A stretch of DNA of 39,415 nucleotides from Rubrivivax sp. (lineage in GTDB: Bacteria > Pseudomonadota > Gammaproteobacteria > Burkholderiales > Burkholderiaceae_C), in the NCBI GenBank assembly GCA_031379155.1, contig JANNEX010000307.1, positions 1 through 39,415 of the forward strand, given 5' to 3'. This document shows positions 37,095 through 39,415 of this stretch, one piece after another. Within the stretch, counting starts at the first letter, position 1; every line of letters begins with the position of its first letter. The position numbers and the translations under genes are program-made. Below the pieces are notes generated by a model. That model saw nothing but the letters and a program-made list of their open reading frames with translations, ran no database searches and had not been told where the DNA came from.

Positions 37095-37660
37095 AAGACA
37101 GCGCCCACGAATTGCGAGTGATCAATGTGCGAGCCCTGGCCCAAGACGCCGGGCAGGTGGCCGGCGCTTGGCCGCAATCCGCGTTGCCGCGCCTGACCGA
37201 AGGCCTCTTCGTTCCACCCACTGAGAGTGAGCTTGTGCATTGGTCGGCGCAAGCTTCGCTGCGTGCGCAAGCCGGTCTGGCAGCGCAAATCTGGCTGCAC
37301 CTGAAAGCGGCCGGCTCTGTCAGCTTGCAGTGCCAGCGCTGCCTGCAAGCCGTGACCGTGCGGCTGGACGTGGACCGGCATTACCGCTTCGCGCACACCG
37401 AAGAAGAAGCCGAGCGGCTGGACGAGGTATCAGAAGAAGAAATCCTGGTGCTGACGCCGCGCCTGAACTTGCAAGAACTGGTCGAGGACGAGTTGATTCT
37501 GTCGATGCCGCTGGTGCCGCGCCACGAGGGCCCGTGCCCCGCGCCGCTGCCCCTGCCGGTGGACGACCTCAGTGACGAAGCGCCCAAGCCCAACCCCTTT
37601 GCCGCGCTGGCCGCGCTGCGCAAGTCTGGGGGCGGACCTGGCGGACCTGGCGTGCACTAG
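37091..37660 (+). CDS. yceD: YceD / DUF177 family protein (23S rRNA accumulation)
   Basis: Motifs LQCQRCL, LVEDELILSMPLVPRH and PNPFAALAAL; located upstream of rpmF. Confidence 0.92.
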   Translation: MKDSAHELRVINVRALAQDAGQVAGAWPQSALPRLTEGLFVPPTESELVHWSAQASLRAQAGLAAQIWLHLKAAGSVSLQCQRCLQAVTVRLDVDRHYRFAHTEEEAERLDEVSEEEILVLTPRLNLQELVEDELILSMPLVPRHEGPCPAPLPLPVDDLSDEAPKPNPFAALAALRKSGGGPGGPGVH

Positions 37661-37720
37661 TGCGGGGCCCCAGCCCGCCCAAGCCGGTAGCCGGGCGTAG
37701 CCCAAAGCGTCCGGCTCCGG

Positions 37721-37729
37721 TGCTATACT
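37721..37729 (+). promoter_or_regulatory. Extended -10 promoter (TGnTATACT) for rpmF-plsX-fabH
   Basis: TGcTATACT about 180 bp upstream of rpmF. Confidence 0.6.
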
Positions 37730-37767
37730 GGTAGGCTTTGCGAAAGGGCTTCCTTTCGTTCGATAAC

Positions 37768-37819
37768 TGCGCTTAATAGATGCGCTTAACAGATGCGCTT
37801 AACAGATGCGCTTGATAGT
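37768..37819 (+). repeat. 13-bp tandem repeat, 4 copies (consensus TGCGCTTAACAGA)
   Basis: tgcgcttaataga tgcgcttaacaga tgcgcttaacaga tgcgcttgatagt, followed by a degenerate cgcgctttcagt. Confidence 0.9.
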
Positions 37820-37828
37820 CGCGCTTTC

Positions 37829-37849
37829 AGTCGCTACGCTGTAGCGACT
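37829..37849 (+). other. Perfect 9-bp hairpin in the rpmF leader
   Basis: agtcgctac-gct-gtagcgact. A second hairpin, cgaaagg-gctt-cctttcg, lies at 37741-37758. Confidence 0.65.
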
Positions 37850-37910
37850 TTGCAGCCGCTGCCCAGGCGCCCACCGCGCCACCTTTCAGCGCCGATTCCT
37901 GGAGAGTCCC

Positions 37911-38093
37911 ATGGCCGTTCAGCAAAACAAGAAGTCGCCTTCCAAGCGCGGCATGCACCGTTCACACAATGCCGTGGCTGCGCCAGGCACGGGTGTGGAG
38001 CCCACCACAGGCGAAGTGCACATGCGCCACCACATCAGCCCAACCGGTTTTTACCGTGGCCGCAAGGTGCTCAAGACCAAGGCTGACGCCTGA
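37911..38093 (+). CDS. rpmF: 50S ribosomal protein L32 (zinc-free type)
   Basis: [19 protein letters not shown]...[20 protein letters not shown]; SD GGAGA. Confidence 0.98.
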   Translation: MAVQQNKKSPSKRGMHRSHNAVAAPGTGVEPTTGEVHMRHHISPTGFYRGRKVLKTKADA

Positions 38094-38105
38094 TCTGATG
38101 GCGCA

Positions 38106-38128
38106 TTGCCGGCGCTGTGTGCCGGCAA
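38106..38128 (+). other. Stem-loop downstream of rpmF (mRNA stabilising or pausing; no U-tail)
   Basis: ttgccggcgc-tgt-gtgccggcaa followed by an A-run. Confidence 0.5.
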
Positions 38129-38247
38129 AAAACAAAACGCTGGCTGCACGCTTGTGATGCCCATTGCACTGCGCGCTACGTGCGCCGCACCATTCTTGTC
38201 GTGCTCCTCACGCTGCCCTTTGAGCGCGGCGCCTGCTGAAACCAACC

Positions 38248-39321
38248 GTGTCCGCTGAGGCCACGCCGCCCGCGCCTTTGCAGACGGTGAAAATCGCCGT
38301 CGACTGCATGGGCGGCGACCATGGCGCGTCCATCACGCTACCGGCGTGTCGTTCTTTCCTGGACAAACACCCGGGCGCTGAACTGGTGCTGGTGGGTAGC
38401 GCAGACGCACTGCGTCCGGCGGCCAACTGGCCACGCTGCACGGCCGTGCTGGCCAGCGAAGTGGTGACCATGGACGACGCCATCGAAGTAGCACTGCGCC
38501 GCAAGCGCGACTCTTCCATGCGGGTGGCTATCCAGCAGGTGAAAGACGGCGCACATGCCTGCGTCTCGGCCGGCAACACTGGCGCTTTGATGGCACTGGC
38601 GCGCTACCTGCTGAAGACCCTGGACGGCATTGACCGCCCGGCCATCGCCACCGTCATGCCCAACCGCCACGACGGCTACACCACCGTGCTGGACCTGGGC
38701 GCCAACGTCGACTGCACGCCCGAACACCTGCTGCAATTTGCCGTCATGGGCAGCGCGCTGGTGGCGGCGGTGGATGGCAAGCCCGAGCCCACGGTGGGCC
38801 TGCTCAACATTGGCGAAGAAGCCATCAAAGGCAGCGAAACCATCAAGCGCGCCGGAGAATTGCTGCGCGCGGCGGGTGAAGCCGGGCAGATCAACTTCTT
38901 CGGGAACGTTGAAGGCAACGACATCTTCAAAGGCACCGTGGACGTGGTGGTCTGCGACGGTTTTGTCGGCAACGTCTTGCTCAAGACCAGCGAAGGTCTC
39001 GCGTCGATGATGTCGGACTTCATCAAGCAGGAATTCAACCGCGGCCTGATGTCACAACTGGCTGCGCTGGTGGCCACACCGGTGCTCAACCGCTTCAAGC
39101 ACCGCGTGGACCCGCGGCGCTACAACGGCGCCGCGCTGCTGGGCCTGCGTGGCCTCGTCTTCAAGAGCCACGGTTCGGCCGACGCCTATGCTTTTGAGCA
39201 AGCGCTGGCGCGCGCTTATGATGCCGCGCGCAACCGGCTGCTCGACCGTGTGCATGACCGCCTGGGCCCCACGCCCATGGCCATGTCGGCAGGTGACGCA
39301 GCGTCAGAACAAGCGGCATGA
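38248..39321 (+). CDS. plsX: Phosphate acyltransferase PlsX
   Basis: Motifs [54 protein letters not shown] and KSHGS. Confidence 0.97.
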   Translation: MSAEATPPAPLQTVKIAVDCMGGDHGASITLPACRSFLDKHPGAELVLVGSADALRPAANWPRCTAVLASEVVTMDDAIEVALRRKRDSSMRVAIQQVKDGAHACVSAGNTGALMALARYLLKTLDGIDRPAIATVMPNRHDGYTTVLDLGANVDCTPEHLLQFAVMGSALVAAVDGKPEPTVGLLNIGEEAIKGSETIKRAGELLRAAGEAGQINFFGNVEGNDIFKGTVDVVVCDGFVGNVLLKTSEGLASMMSDFIKQEFNRGLMSQLAALVATPVLNRFKHRVDPRRYNGAALLGLRGLVFKSHGSADAYAFEQALARAYDAARNRLLDRVHDRLGPTPMAMSAGDAASEQAA

Positions 39322-39415
39322 ACCCCACGCCCCCTCCACCCGCCTTCATCGCGTCAACAACGGCACCACGCTACGCGCGCATCACCGGCACCGGCAGCTA
39401 TTTGCCGCCGCGCCG
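39318..39415 (+). CDS. fabH: Beta-ketoacyl-ACP synthase III, 5' end only (3'-truncated by the window)
   Basis: The ATG overlaps the plsX stop and translates [32 protein letters not shown]. This fits the conserved rpmF-plsX-fabH order. Confidence 0.9.
   Translation, partial: MNPTPPPPAFIASTTAPRYARITGTGSYLPPR

Noticed and set aside
37768-37819. 13-bp repeats considered as a CRISPR array or iterons
   Set aside because: The units are contiguous with no spacers and too short for CRISPR, and there are no cas or rep genes nearby.
37793-38086. 97-aa ORF overlapping rpmF
   Set aside because: It starts within the tandem repeat, overlaps rpmF out of frame and has no homology cues.
38106-38132. Hairpin after rpmF considered as a rho-independent terminator
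   Set aside because: It is followed by an A-run, not a U-run, on the sense strand, and has no 3' U-tract on the antisense strand either.

Overview
GC-rich betaproteobacterial DNA. The rhlE, plsX and rpmF sequences and their gene order look like Burkholderiales, possibly the Rubrivivax/Ideonella/Aquincola group; this is an inference. About 33.5 kb (1-33489) is a large surface-polysaccharide locus that appears to be two abutting systems. (i) 9252-32225 on the minus strand is a Wzx/Wzy-type operon: SLBB-repeat OPX exporter, Wzz-like copolymerase, vioA, wbqC, two paralogous beta-propeller proteins, GNAT, methyltransferase (MTase), wzx, GT2, wzy-like gene, asnB-type amidotransferase, Trm112-MTase, GT4, Gfo/Idh/MocA, bi-domain oxidoreductase, heparinase II/III-like protein and a WbuB-like GT4. 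A divergent WecA/WbpL-type initiating transferase follows on the plus strand. (ii) 1-9180 holds a CtrA/BexD-type lipoprotein exporter, a GT2-GT4 fusion, a coiled-coil protein, a DUF4214-like miniprotein, a beta-sandwich-FkbM MTase, an Stf0-type sulfotransferase, two more MTases and a partial GT4; this block continues left of the window. The last 6 kb is core genome: rhlE, RsmI-like MTase, maf, a GST inserted before yceD, rpmF, plsX and the fabH 5' end. I found no CRISPR array, rRNA/tRNA gene or transposase. The best candidates for undescribed biology are the vioA-wbqC-twin-propeller-GNAT-MTase sugar-tailoring cassette and the sulfotransferase/MTase/coiled-coil/DUF4214 module. Smaller regulatory oddities are several apparently leaderless genes, a relay of two tetrapeptide mini-ORFs before yceD, and a 13-bp tandem repeat in the rpmF leader. 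All family assignments come from motif recognition by eye, not from database searches.
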